This document shows, one piece after another, positions 19,310-28,758 of a stretch of 64,000 nt of DNA (its first letter is position 1; each line of letters opens with the position of its first letter). The stretch spans positions 45,238 through 109,237 of IMG/VR virus record IMGVR_UViG_3300035034_002090; one strand, written 5' to 3'. The notes under the pieces are model-generated. The model searched no databases and had not been told where the DNA came from. It saw nothing but the letters and a program-made list of their open reading frames with translations. Source of the DNA: a virus. Lineage: Duplodnaviria > Heunggongvirae > Uroviricota > Caudoviricetes. Both the position numbers and the translations under genes were made by a program.

Positions 19310-20095
19310 ATGTCAGAATGGTTTACAGTAGGCGCAGAGCAGAATGCGGAAGAATCCAAAAAGTTCGGCGGCGGTGGAGGCGGAGGCGGATTTGACCCTC
19401 GAAATATTTTTCGATGGTACATCCCCAAGTCTGCTATCGGTGAAGAAAAGGAACTCATTTTCCTAGATGATTCAGCCTTCAACTGCTGGATGCATCACTA
19501 CGCTGTGAACGGCCGCTGGGGAAATTGGGAGACCTGCATCAAGCGAGCTGGCATCTCGGACACCTGCCCGCTATGCGAGCGGGACTCGAACGTTAGCACC
19601 ATGTATATCGGCCACTATACAGTGCTGGATGCAACGGGCTGGATGAAAGATGGGGAGCACAAAATGTCCCTTAAAATCTTTCCCGCCAAGAGCGAGAGGG
19701 TTCAGCTTCTCGATAAGGAGCGTGCCCGAAGAGGTACGCTCATCGGTGCGAAGTTCGCCGTCGAGCGAACTCCGGACTCCAAGGACAACACGGGCAACTA
19801 CTTCTCCTTCATTGAGCGTGTCGACCTCAAAGAGTTTTTGAACGAGAACATCGACAAGCTCAAGAGCCAGCTCGACTACTTCCCTGAAGAATGGGGGTAT
19901 TGGAAAGGCGAAGGCGACAACAAAACGTACGCACTCCCCGGCGGTCTTCCTTTCAAGGAAATCCTTGAGCCTCTCTCCCTTGAGGCTCTTACCGCCAACC
20001 TCGGCGGCGGTGGCGGTGGAGGAAGCTCATCCAGCAGCGGAAGCTTCGGGTACGACCCGGATAGCGCCACGGATGACGGTGACGTCCCGTACTAG
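19310..20095 (+). CDS. single-stranded DNA-binding protein (gp32-like)
   Basis: HHY...C...CPLCE Zn site, KFAVER, Gly-rich linkers, acidic tail DDGDVPY. Confidence 0.75.
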   Translation: MSEWFTVGAEQNAEESKKFGGGGGGGGFDPRNIFRWYIPKSAIGEEKELIFLDDSAFNCWMHHYAVNGRWGNWETCIKRAGISDTCPLCERDSNVSTMYIGHYTVLDATGWMKDGEHKMSLKIFPAKSERVQLLDKERARRGTLIGAKFAVERTPDSKDNTGNYFSFIERVDLKEFLNENIDKLKSQLDYFPEEWGYWKGEGDNKTYALPGGLPFKEILEPLSLEALTANLGGGGGGGSSSSSGSFGYDPDSATDDGDVPY

Positions 20096-20109
20096 GTCGC
20101 TTTGATTGC

Positions 20110-20136
20110 GCCGGGGGACTAGACCTCCCCCGGCTT
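20110..20136 (+). terminator. GC hairpin, weak terminator or RNA-stabilising stem
   Basis: GCCGGGGGA/TCCCCCGGC 9-bp stem; poor U tract. Confidence 0.35.
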
Positions 20137-20171
20137 CAAGACCTCCTTAAGAACCCCATCAGAGGAACACC

Positions 20172-20717
20172 ATGGCCAGCAACAACATCCACGGCCTCAC
20201 CGATATGCAGAAGAGGGTGTCCCTCTTCAGGCAAGCTGTAGAAGCAAATATTAACAACACCAAGCTGAGCCCCCTGCCTGATCAAGTCCACCTTCAGGTA
20301 ATGCCGGAGGCCGAGCAAATTGGGAACATCTTGACCCTCCAGACAAAGGCGAAGATCACCGACAACCCAATGCGGTATGGGACCGTCTTGAATGTTGGTG
20401 AAAACGTTAAGCATCTCAAACCGGGTGATGATGTCATCTTCGAGCACAAGTGGGGCCGAAGATTCGGAGGCATGTACAACCCACTGCAAACCGGGACCGA
20501 TCACGATTGGGAGGATGAGCTTCGAATCATCAATGGTCACGAGATCATTGGTGTTGTCGAATACGAGCTGACGGGAAAGGAGGTCTCTTTTTTCGACCAG
20601 CAAGGCGCTGAGTTAACGGGAGTGGTGGAAGATGAGTGCCCTGCTTTTGGGGGACTTGTGTCCGTCCGAGTCGAGGAAGGCGTTTATTGGGTTAAGCCAG
20701 AAGATATTCTGGACTGA
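20172..20717 (+). CDS. groES: GroES-like co-chaperonin with extensions
   Basis: [21 protein letters not shown]...[14 protein letters not shown]. Confidence 0.78.
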   Translation: MASNNIHGLTDMQKRVSLFRQAVEANINNTKLSPLPDQVHLQVMPEAEQIGNILTLQTKAKITDNPMRYGTVLNVGENVKHLKPGDDVIFEHKWGRRFGGMYNPLQTGTDHDWEDELRIINGHEIIGVVEYELTGKEVSFFDQQGAELTGVVEDECPAFGGLVSVRVEEGVYWVKPEDILD

Positions 20718-20752
20718 CGTGCACTCGATTGCATAAAAAGGAGACAAACCCA

Positions 20753-21673
20753 ATGAAGCAATACCTCGAAATGCTCCGGGATATTCTGGAGAACGGCACC
20801 AAAAAGGGCGATCGAACCGGTACTGGCACGCTTAGTGTATTCGGCCGTCAGCTCCGGTTTGATCTTGGCGACGGCTTCCCGGCCGTGACAACGAAGAAGC
20901 TTTTCTTCAACTCCATGAAGGTTGAGTTGGCTTGGTTCCTGAAGGGAATGACAAATACGTCTTATCTTCACGACCACAACGTCAACATCTGGGACGAATG
21001 GGCGGATGCTGATGGCGAACTAGGGCCTGTGTATGGTTCTCAGTGGCGAAACTGGACTCACCATTATGACGATGGAAGCTTCGACGAGATAGACCAGCTC
21101 ACCGGCGTTGTGGAGGGTCTGAAGTACAAGCCCTTTAGCCGACGTCATATCGTCAGCGCTTGGAATGTAGGCGAGATTGACGAGATGGCCCTCCCTCCCT
21201 GTCATCTTCTCTATCAGTTCAACGCCAGACCACTCTCGCCGCTGGGCAGGCTTGAGCATTACAGGAGAACTCACGGCAAGGAACTGGAGGGATGTGATAA
21301 CCACAACCCAGATATGTCTATCATGGATGCGGCTGGGGTTCCTCGCTACTTTTTGGATTGCCAGATGTATCAGCGATCCGCCGATATGTTTTTGGGAGTC
21401 CCCTTCAACATTGCTTCATACGCCCTTCTGACGCACATCATTGCACGCGCCACCGGAATGGCACCGGGCCACTTCATTCACACGTTTGGCGATGCCCATA
21501 TCTATCTCAATCACATCGATCAGGTGACTAAGCAGTTGTCTCGCGATCGATACCCTCTTCCGAAGCTATCCCTAGATCCCGCCTGCACTGGCATCGATGA
21601 CTTCGAGCCCGAGCACGCCGAGCTAGAGGGGTACGAACATCATCCCGCCATCAAAGCGCCAATTGCCGTTTAA
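20753..21673 (+). CDS. thyA: thymidylate synthase
   Basis: [42 protein letters not shown]. Confidence 0.97.
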   Translation: MKQYLEMLRDILENGTKKGDRTGTGTLSVFGRQLRFDLGDGFPAVTTKKLFFNSMKVELAWFLKGMTNTSYLHDHNVNIWDEWADADGELGPVYGSQWRNWTHHYDDGSFDEIDQLTGVVEGLKYKPFSRRHIVSAWNVGEIDEMALPPCHLLYQFNARPLSPLGRLEHYRRTHGKELEGCDNHNPDMSIMDAAGVPRYFLDCQMYQRSADMFLGVPFNIASYALLTHIIARATGMAPGHFIHTFGDAHIYLNHIDQVTKQLSRDRYPLPKLSLDPACTGIDDFEPEHAELEGYEHHPAIKAPIAV

Positions 21674-21682
21674 GGAGAGAGC

Positions 21683-23161
21683 ATGACGCTCAAGAGTGAA
21701 GTCAAGATCGACGGAATGGCATGGTTGCCTAAGCCAGCAATACCGGCTGATATTCTAGATCAAATCCGGAAGGATAATACCGTCAGGCTCAAAGCAGGGC
21801 CTTACGATGATGGCCCTACTAAGGTCGAGATGTTTCGAGAGAGGGACTTCCACCTAGGAATCCCCCGAGGGTTCTACCAGAGAACCTCCAACGGCAAGAT
21901 GCCATCAGTCCTCGATGTCACTAAAGAGACACGGGACATGATTACTGGAGTAGGGCCTCGTGATGATATGCAGCGAGACGGAATCTCGACAGTTACCGCC
22001 TCGCTTCTTGAGGACACCGTTGCAGGCTCGATTCTTTGTGCTGCAACCGGCGTAGGCAAGACCGTGATGGGCCTTCTTATAGCTGCCGAGCTGGGCTATA
22101 CCACGACGGTAATCGTCCATAAGACCAACCTTCTCACGCAATGGATTGAAAGGATTGAAGAAGATCCGGGCGTCATTCCGGGCGCACGCGTGGGCGTATT
22201 TCAGGGTGATAGAGAAGAGTTTGGCGATGACTACGATATTGTTGTCGCCATGGTCCAAACCCTATCGAACCGGGACCCGGACCACCCATTCTTTAGCTGG
22301 CCGGGACTTGTCATTGTCGACGAGTGTCACCGACTTGGCGCACCGACATTTAACGAGGTTATCCACCACTTCAAGGCAGCCAAGCGGCTTGGTCTCACGG
22401 CTACGCCAAGACGTCGAGACGGCGGAGAGCAACTCTTCTTCGATGCCATTGGACCTATCTCATGGCAGGGAAGTGCGCCCATGCTTACCCCGAAGGTCAG
22501 GAAGGTGGAGACATCTCTGGCCTTCAAAAAGGACTATCCGAAGTGGATAGAGGACAAGATCATCGCGAGGAACATCCCTCGAAACGAGACGATTGTCCGG
22601 GAGCTTACGCTTGCCAGAAAGAAAGGTCGTCAGATCCTTGTCTTGACCAAGCGACTATCTCAACTGCTTCTCATAAAGAAGCTTGCAGCTGAATACGTGC
22701 CGGAGACGACCTTCGGAGTCTGTACGGGGTCTTGGTATGTCGATGAAGATGACGCCTACAGCTACCTGCGAGATCGCAGCTATCAGAAGAAGTTTCGGCC
22801 TGAAGGTGTGTTCAATGCCAAAAAGGTCGATGGCGACATCCACGACGTCAACGAGCAGAACAAGGTTACCCCGAAGCGCCGAAGGCTGAAGACTGAGCAG
22901 TTCGAGGCCGGTAAGGACGCAGACGTCATCTTGGCCACCTATGGGGCCGTTGAGGAAGGCTTTGATGTCAAGCGCCTAGACACACTCTTTCTGGCCGCCC
23001 CAACATGGGACCCAGAGCAGGCCACAGGAAGAATCCTCAGGAAGGCTGACGACAAAAGGGATCCCATTGTCGTTCATTTTGTCGACTCGCAGATACCTAA
23101 ATTACAGGCTGCTTGGAACGCCTGTAAGAAGCGGTATATCGATCTCGGTGCACCTTTGTAA
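21683..23161 (+). CDS. SF2 DExH helicase (UvsW/ResIII-like)
   Basis: ATGVGKT, IVDECH, GLTATP, EGFDV, QATGRILR. Confidence 0.9.
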   Translation: MTLKSEVKIDGMAWLPKPAIPADILDQIRKDNTVRLKAGPYDDGPTKVEMFRERDFHLGIPRGFYQRTSNGKMPSVLDVTKETRDMITGVGPRDDMQRDGISTVTASLLEDTVAGSILCAATGVGKTVMGLLIAAELGYTTTVIVHKTNLLTQWIERIEEDPGVIPGARVGVFQGDREEFGDDYDIVVAMVQTLSNRDPDHPFFSWPGLVIVDECHRLGAPTFNEVIHHFKAAKRLGLTATPRRRDGGEQLFFDAIGPISWQGSAPMLTPKVRKVETSLAFKKDYPKWIEDKIIARNIPRNETIVRELTLARKKGRQILVLTKRLSQLLLIKKLAAEYVPETTFGVCTGSWYVDEDDAYSYLRDRSYQKKFRPEGVFNAKKVDGDIHDVNEQNKVTPKRRRLKTEQFEAGKDADVILATYGAVEEGFDVKRLDTLFLAAPTWDPEQATGRILRKADDKRDPIVVHFVDSQIPKLQAAWNACKKRYIDLGAPL

Positions 23162-23173
23162 TAGGGAGGCGGT

Positions 23174-23557
23174 TTGTCCAAGGAAGGCAAGGATAGAGGG
23201 AAGTCTGGACGGTTTTGGGAGCACGTGACCTTTGTTGGGAGCGGTGTCCCTATTTACCCAGAGTATTCTGGAGAAGGAGAGCTTCCATACAAGGTCGAGG
23301 ATGGGCCAAACATGGCCAAGGTGAAGGTCTCTTACGGCAGAACCGTTAACCTCGGCAACTATAACAGCGTTCGAGTTGACGTCGGCGTCGAGCTTCCATG
23401 CATGGTCGATGAGGTCGAGAAGGCGTATGACGCCGCCAGCGAGTTTGTCGGACCCAAATTCGCCAAGCTGGTCAACGGCGTGATTCAGAAGCGCAAGTCC
23501 ATCAACAAAGGTGGAGCCATCGTCGATGACGGCACGAATAAAGGCTACGGATATTAA
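23174..23557 (+). CDS. hypothetical protein
   Basis: VSYGRTVNLGNYNSVRVDVGVE pattern typical of phage proteins. Confidence 0.65.
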   Translation: MSKEGKDRGKSGRFWEHVTFVGSGVPIYPEYSGEGELPYKVEDGPNMAKVKVSYGRTVNLGNYNSVRVDVGVELPCMVDEVEKAYDAASEFVGPKFAKLVNGVIQKRKSINKGGAIVDDGTNKGYGY

Positions 23558-23567
23558 GGAGTAAAAA

Positions 23568-24977
23568 ATGAATAGACGCCTAACTATAAGCCCTGAAAGG
23601 GCAAAGAAGATTGGAAGCATCAAGAAAGACATGACTAAGACCTATGGCGGCGAAGAGCACCTAGTCTTAGCGAGTGATATACCTGCTATGCGCAGGATAC
23701 CAACGGGATGTATCCAGCTAGATGTCCTCACTGGAGGCGGCTATCCGCTCGGTGGAAACTATCTCTTTTGGGGATGGCAATCGGCAGGTAAAACGACAAC
23801 CGTCCTAAAGGCTGTAGGTCACGCTCAGAAAATCTGTGCTCAGTGCGATACCTACATGGAGCCTCAGTTTCTCCTTCCCCCGGAAGATGAAAAGAAGGCC
23901 GATAAGTGGAGGGAGCGAAGGATGACATGCCTTCATTGCGGATCCCCCTACCATAAGGATGACCGCCCGCCCATGAAGGCCAAAGATTATTGGGGCAAGG
24001 ATCTCCCGGATGGGATCAAGGCTTCTGACACCATCTGCGATGACTGCGGGTCTACAGACGGCCTAGTGGACGTCGAGCCAGATGAGGAATGGGCGCGGCC
24101 AGACGGTGGATTCACGTGCAAATGCGGAGCGTGCGAGCCACGAGTTGTCCTTTGGATTAATTACGAGGGTCACTTCGATCCCGAGTGGGCAGAAGCGTGC
24201 GGAGTGAATCTGGACGCGTTGTTGGTTGAAGATCCTCACTACGGTGAGGCTGGCATTGATATTGCCGAAGAGGCTATCACCGCTGGCGCGGTCGACATTG
24301 TCGTGGTCGATTCTATCGCGCAAATCGCAACCACCGAAGAGCTTAATAAGTCTTCCGAGAAATCCTCTGTAGCCTCGGCTGCAAAGAAGGTTAATGAGTT
24401 CCTGCGGGGACTTCCGAGTCGTGTTGCTAAAGCCAAATCTGAGCACGGAGTGAAGGTAACGACCTTTTTGGTTAACCAAGTAAGACACACAATTGGAGGG
24501 TTTGGAAACCCTGACACGATGTTCGGCGGACACGGTCAGGTGTTTGTTTCTTCGATTACCCTGAAGTTCACAAGCTCGAAAGCTGACGTTGACGAGGTTC
24601 AGGTCGGCGCTAAGACGCGCAAGGAGTTTATCGGTGTCACTGAGTCCGTTGAGGTTCGAGTACAGTGCGACAAGAATCGGACGGCTAACACACAGGACCG
24701 TAAGGCTACCTTCCGCCTCATGACCAGCAACGATGGCGACGGGATCCTGAACAAGGGCGATGTCGACGATTACGACCTCACGTATAAATACGGAAGGGCT
24801 ACAAAGATTATCGAAAACAATACCGATTGGGAGGTAAAGGGTTGGCCCATCACGTATGCAAATGCTGGAGATCTCAAGCTGGACATCCACAACAGGCCAC
24901 ACCTGCGCCGACACCTCCACTACATGATCTCTCGTGAGATCGTCGATAATTGGGCTAAAGTCAAAAAGCATCTCTGA
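23568..24977 (+). CDS. recA: RecA/UvsX recombinase with Cys-rich insertion
   Basis: IPTG..LD..TGGGYP, GWQSAGKTT, VVVDSIA, VNQVR, GGHG..F. Confidence 0.92.
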   Translation: MNRRLTISPERAKKIGSIKKDMTKTYGGEEHLVLASDIPAMRRIPTGCIQLDVLTGGGYPLGGNYLFWGWQSAGKTTTVLKAVGHAQKICAQCDTYMEPQFLLPPEDEKKADKWRERRMTCLHCGSPYHKDDRPPMKAKDYWGKDLPDGIKASDTICDDCGSTDGLVDVEPDEEWARPDGGFTCKCGACEPRVVLWINYEGHFDPEWAEACGVNLDALLVEDPHYGEAGIDIAEEAITAGAVDIVVVDSIAQIATTEELNKSSEKSSVASAAKKVNEFLRGLPSRVAKAKSEHGVKVTTFLVNQVRHTIGGFGNPDTMFGGHGQVFVSSITLKFTSSKADVDEVQVGAKTRKEFIGVTESVEVRVQCDKNRTANTQDRKATFRLMTSNDGDGILNKGDVDDYDLTYKYGRATKIIENNTDWEVKGWPITYANAGDLKLDIHNRPHLRRHLHYMISREIVDNWAKVKKHL

Positions 24978-24990
24978 GTAAGGTTCTTAA

Positions 24991-25473
24991 ATGCCGCTAC
25001 CAAGCGACGACAAAAAGTTTGGCAAGAAGGGGAAGGGCAATACCGGCCATGCTAGCAAGTTCAAGCGCAAGCGCTCTATCGAGCAAGAAGACCGCCTAGC
25101 TAAGAAGTTCGGAGGCTTCCGGATCAAGGGAAGCGGCGGTGGCGGAAGGACGTCCATGCATGGTGACGGGAGATCTAAGTATGACAGCTCTCGTAGGAAA
25201 GGTGACGTCCAGACTCCAGATGTTAAGGAGTTTCTTGGCTTCAAATTCGAGGCTAAGTCCACAACCAAGAAGTCCTTCTCTGTCAGCCAGAGGCTGATCG
25301 CCAAGTCTTATGCTGAGGCTCAGCAGGACCTTAAGGAATTCGCCCTTGCTATCGAGGTCCTAGGTATCGAAGACCCTAATCTTCCGAAGCGATTTGTGAT
25401 ACTTGAAGAGGATACCCTTCAGCAACTCATGGAACTCGCCGGTATTATCGGCGAAGACGACAAGGAGGTCTGA
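24991..25473 (+). CDS. Hjc-like PD-(D/E)xK Holliday junction resolvase
   Basis: EQEDRLAK...GSG...KGDV...FEAKST. Confidence 0.7.
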   Translation: MPLPSDDKKFGKKGKGNTGHASKFKRKRSIEQEDRLAKKFGGFRIKGSGGGGRTSMHGDGRSKYDSSRRKGDVQTPDVKEFLGFKFEAKSTTKKSFSVSQRLIAKSYAEAQQDLKEFALAIEVLGIEDPNLPKRFVILEEDTLQQLMELAGIIGEDDKEV

Positions 25474-25950
25474 TTGAATTACGTGACAAGAGAGCCCTCG
25501 TATGAAGAGCTGTGGGATGAGAAACTCAATGACTCTCAGCGCCGACGCGCCCTTCAAGACTGGAGCAAGATCAAGGAGTGGGTGTCTAACCTGAACGACA
25601 GGGGTATTATCCCTTCATCATCTGAGATCGATGACAAGCTTCGCCGCTTCATGGACGATCTCAGGAATCGACATCGAGTCCCTGAGCCATTTTTGGTCAC
25701 TTTCTACATGGCCACAAGGGTCGACCCGCTACCATCCACTGAGCAGTCAGATCAGCTGCTTGTTCGTCTCATTGACACGATGAGTGTCCTCAGCCTCTTC
25801 AAAGAGTGCAGGTTCTACAGCAACCACCTCGACACATCTGGATACGGTGGTCCGCCTCGCACCCTCTGGGAGAGTGACAGGAATCTTGATAGTGGCGAGG
25901 CTCGTCTTGAGTACGCTCGCTTTCAGCTCAAAGTTCGCCGACTGCTATAA
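25474..25950 (+). CDS. hypothetical protein
   Basis: TTG start directly after stop, GGAGG RBS. Confidence 0.65.
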   Translation: MNYVTREPSYEELWDEKLNDSQRRRALQDWSKIKEWVSNLNDRGIIPSSSEIDDKLRRFMDDLRNRHRVPEPFLVTFYMATRVDPLPSTEQSDQLLVRLIDTMSVLSLFKECRFYSNHLDTSGYGGPPRTLWESDRNLDSGEARLEYARFQLKVRRLL

Positions 25951-25961
25951 GGAGTTTTGTT

Positions 25962-26906
25962 TTGGATATTGATTGGACGCTTATTGCCTCGAAGATACCC
26001 CTTACCGAGGCGCTGATAAGAAGAGGCTCTTCCTTCAAGGCTATACCTCCCCGTGAGGTTGGAACGCCGTTTCGAGGCAGCCAGCTAAAAGACCTATGCC
26101 CACGACAAGAGGCTTTGTGTTCGTTTCATGAGGTCTGGAGAGAAGACGAGATCCGCCCGGACTTGGAGCTTATTTTCGCCATTGGGTCGGGCATTCATGA
26201 GGGGCTTCAGCAGCGCCTGCTAAAAGACTTTCTCGTGGGCTCTTGGAGATGCAATGGATGTGGGGCGACCTACGGCAGCATGGATCGCCTCGCTGCAATC
26301 CCGGAAAGGTGCAAGGGCAAGATTTATGATTGGGAAGCGGATGAACTCAAGCCGTGCCCCAACCACAATTATGTAGAAGACGTTGTAGAGGATTGGCATC
26401 TCCCGGGCTTCGATTACAAGGAGATCGATTTATCTCACTCGGACCCAACTCTGTACAGCCATCCGGATGGTATTTTGTGGCGTGGTGAGGGAGAGCCGCC
26501 CGATGTTATCACCGTGGACGACCCTCTTCTGGAAGTTCTGGAGATCAAATCCGCCTCGGAACGAGCACTCAAGTATGGGTACGGCAGTTCACCGCCACTC
26601 AGAGATGAACCATACGCACCCCATAAAGATCAGCTGATGCTGTACATGTATGTCCTCGGCATCAAGTTCGGAAGGATCCTTTACTACGACAAGGCTGCTT
26701 TTGGCTTGAGATCTTCTCTTTGTGAACATACAATCATCCTCGATCAAGAGTACGTGGAAGAAAGTATTCTCGCTGGCCCCCTCGCTGTAGAGAAGGCGAT
26801 CAGAGAAAAGGATCCCACGCTGGCTCCGAAAGTGTGCACATCCGCTAACTGCTCGAAAGCTAGAGCGTGTCCCGTTCAAGAGTATTGCTGGGCTAACGAT
26901 GAATGA
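25962..26906 (+). CDS. Cas4-like PD-(D/E)xK exonuclease
   Basis: LCPR..., GIHE, HPDGI, LEIKS, QLMLY, C-terminal C..C.....C (Fe-S type). Confidence 0.82.
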   Translation: MDIDWTLIASKIPLTEALIRRGSSFKAIPPREVGTPFRGSQLKDLCPRQEALCSFHEVWREDEIRPDLELIFAIGSGIHEGLQQRLLKDFLVGSWRCNGCGATYGSMDRLAAIPERCKGKIYDWEADELKPCPNHNYVEDVVEDWHLPGFDYKEIDLSHSDPTLYSHPDGILWRGEGEPPDVITVDDPLLEVLEIKSASERALKYGYGSSPPLRDEPYAPHKDQLMLYMYVLGIKFGRILYYDKAAFGLRSSLCEHTIILDQEYVEESILAGPLAVEKAIREKDPTLAPKVCTSANCSKARACPVQEYCWANDE

Positions 26907-27711
26907 ATTTATAGAGAAGGCTAGGTGCTCCGACCATCAGGATTATAATTCTTCTAGACCTCCAACAGATGGCTGTGGGGGTTGTTGGGAGGAATATAAT
27001 CTCACTCACGATCTACCCGAAGGTAACCGCGTCGCTCGGAGCAGCCTAGACAAGTCGGTTAGGCTGAGCAGGTGGATTCCGATGATGTACCGGGTAGACC
27101 TTCCGGACAAAGGTAAACTTGGAGATAACATCTCTTCAGTGATGGAGTCCCGAAAAGACGTTGTCCCGGTGTGCATGGGTATCGATGTCTCCCTAGACTC
27201 CAGCGCTGTAGCCATGATCGGGTATGATGTTGTTGCCAAGAGATGGCTCATAATCACGTCAACAGAGGGATTTGGTCTACCCCAGAACGCCTCTTCGGAT
27301 AGCCGCGAGAACCGAAAGCTGGTTATCGTGAAAATGATTATGTCGGCCTACAGGTCCTTCACCAGAAGGGCTGACAGAATCCCCGTGTTCATTGAAGATC
27401 ACGCCTACTCCCGAGGCAACACCAATAGAGCTACTGAGATCCATGAACTTCACGGCGTAATCAAAAGCCAGTTGTATCTGGAGACAGGCAAGCCGGTAGA
27501 ACCGGTTAATATTTCCACCGCACGTAGCGAGGTTTTCTGTCACGGAAGCCCCAGAGGCAAGGTGAAGAAGAAGCTCGCAGCGGCGCTCAAGGTGGCAGGT
27601 CATCGGTGGGCTGAAGACCTCACAGACGATGAAGTAGACGCGTGGGCTGTTGCGGCAGTGCACGTCAAAAGCAATTATGCATTCGGTATTTTCAACCAAA
27701 AAGGAGCCTAA
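26899..27711 (+). CDS. ruvC: RuvC-like resolvase with N-terminal extension
   Basis: MGIDVSL, VFIED, ELHGVI, DDEVDAWAVA. Confidence 0.8.
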   Translation: MNEFIEKARCSDHQDYNSSRPPTDGCGGCWEEYNLTHDLPEGNRVARSSLDKSVRLSRWIPMMYRVDLPDKGKLGDNISSVMESRKDVVPVCMGIDVSLDSSAVAMIGYDVVAKRWLIITSTEGFGLPQNASSDSRENRKLVIVKMIMSAYRSFTRRADRIPVFIEDHAYSRGNTNRATEIHELHGVIKSQLYLETGKPVEPVNISTARSEVFCHGSPRGKVKKKLAAALKVAGHRWAEDLTDDEVDAWAVAAVHVKSNYAFGIFNQKGA

Positions 27712-27713
27712 CC

Positions 27714-28601
27714 ATGGCCGAAACAGCAGTAGCAACTGAAGTCGATAACGATAGCGCTTTGAACTTGGTCGGAGACGGCGGCGAGATTGTTCCTGACGTG
27801 AAGAAGGAAGCCGAAAGGCGCGTTCAGCATGTCCGAGAGCTTCGAGAGCGTTCAAACGAGCTGTACCTGCATTACGCGGAAGAGATGTTTCACATCAACC
27901 GCAACAGCCTATTTCACTATGTAGATAATCCAGATACTGGAAAAAAGTACACATCCTTCAAGGATTTCGTCGAATCCGAAACTGACTACCAGCACAGAAC
28001 CGCCTGCTACATGGTTCAGATCTGGGAGTATTACGCCGAAGGATTCAGTCGAGATTTTCTCGAAAACATCCAGCATCACGGATGGACAAAGCTTGCGAGG
28101 CTGGTCGGTCACCTGACTCCGAAGAGCTACGAGTCGGAGTGGGGCGACAAGATTGATGAGATCAGTGTTCGAGACCTTGAAAAGCTTCTCAAGGATGATT
28201 CTGACGAGGGTGGCGGAGACAAGGATCCCGAAATCCAGAACGACCCCTCATCTGAAGATCTTCGAACCAACCCTACGAAGCGGGTAACCTTCGAGCTGTT
28301 CGACACACAAGAGGCAAACCTCAGCTCAGCTATGGAGGCGGCTCAGAGCATCAAGCAGACCAACGCAAAGGGTGAACTCCTTGAGCTTATTTGCTTGGAC
28401 TTCCTCGCTAAGCACAACAAGTCGTTCGAGCACGATCGCCCGCTCAATGAGTATTTCAAGGGAATCGAGGAATCCCTTGGCGTTGAGGTCCTCGTGTTCG
28501 AGCCCTCCCCGAGTGGCGCTGAGATCATCTATGGTGCCGCGTACATCGATCAGTACGGTGCTGTCGAGGTCGAAGAGGAAGACGAAGTAGAGGAGCTGTA
28601 A
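27714..28601 (+). CDS. hypothetical protein, possibly DNA-binding
   Basis: AAGGAG RBS; YTSFKDFVE...GWTKL pattern; RHH-like C-terminal segment. Confidence 0.7.
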   Translation: MAETAVATEVDNDSALNLVGDGGEIVPDVKKEAERRVQHVRELRERSNELYLHYAEEMFHINRNSLFHYVDNPDTGKKYTSFKDFVESETDYQHRTACYMVQIWEYYAEGFSRDFLENIQHHGWTKLARLVGHLTPKSYESEWGDKIDEISVRDLEKLLKDDSDEGGGDKDPEIQNDPSSEDLRTNPTKRVTFELFDTQEANLSSAMEAAQSIKQTNAKGELLELICLDFLAKHNKSFEHDRPLNEYFKGIEESLGVEVLVFEPSPSGAEIIYGAAYIDQYGAVEVEEEDEVEEL

Positions 28602-28620
28602 GTCTGTCCGTAATCTCTTG

Positions 28621-28660
28621 AAAAAAGGGGCGCTCCTTCAATGGGGTGCCCCTTTTCTCT
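28621..28660 (+). terminator. intrinsic terminator (possibly bidirectional)
   Basis: A6-GGGGCGCTCC-TTCAAT-GGGGTGCCCC-TTTT; separates replication and morphogenesis modules. Confidence 0.8.
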
Positions 28661-28758
28661 ATCCAGTGGTGAACAAAACTGGAACGCCGGAGCGCATAGG
28701 CCCTAAAATAGCCTCGATACCGGAGTCTTTTCGCGGTGTCTGGAGATAGGAGACGTTT

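Noticed and set aside
20753-21673. Base-modifying thymidylate synthase homolog (hypermodified DNA)
   Set aside because: Canonical ThyA motifs including the dUMP-specific Asn (PFNIASY); no modification genes nearby
23835-24134. Possible intein in RecA
   Set aside because: No Cys/Ser/Ala start with His-Asn end and no Hint motifs; it is a Cys-rich insert
25962-26906. CRISPR-Cas system suggested by the Cas4-like gene
   Set aside because: No repeat-spacer array or other cas genes seen; solo Cas4-like nucleases are common in phage recombination modules
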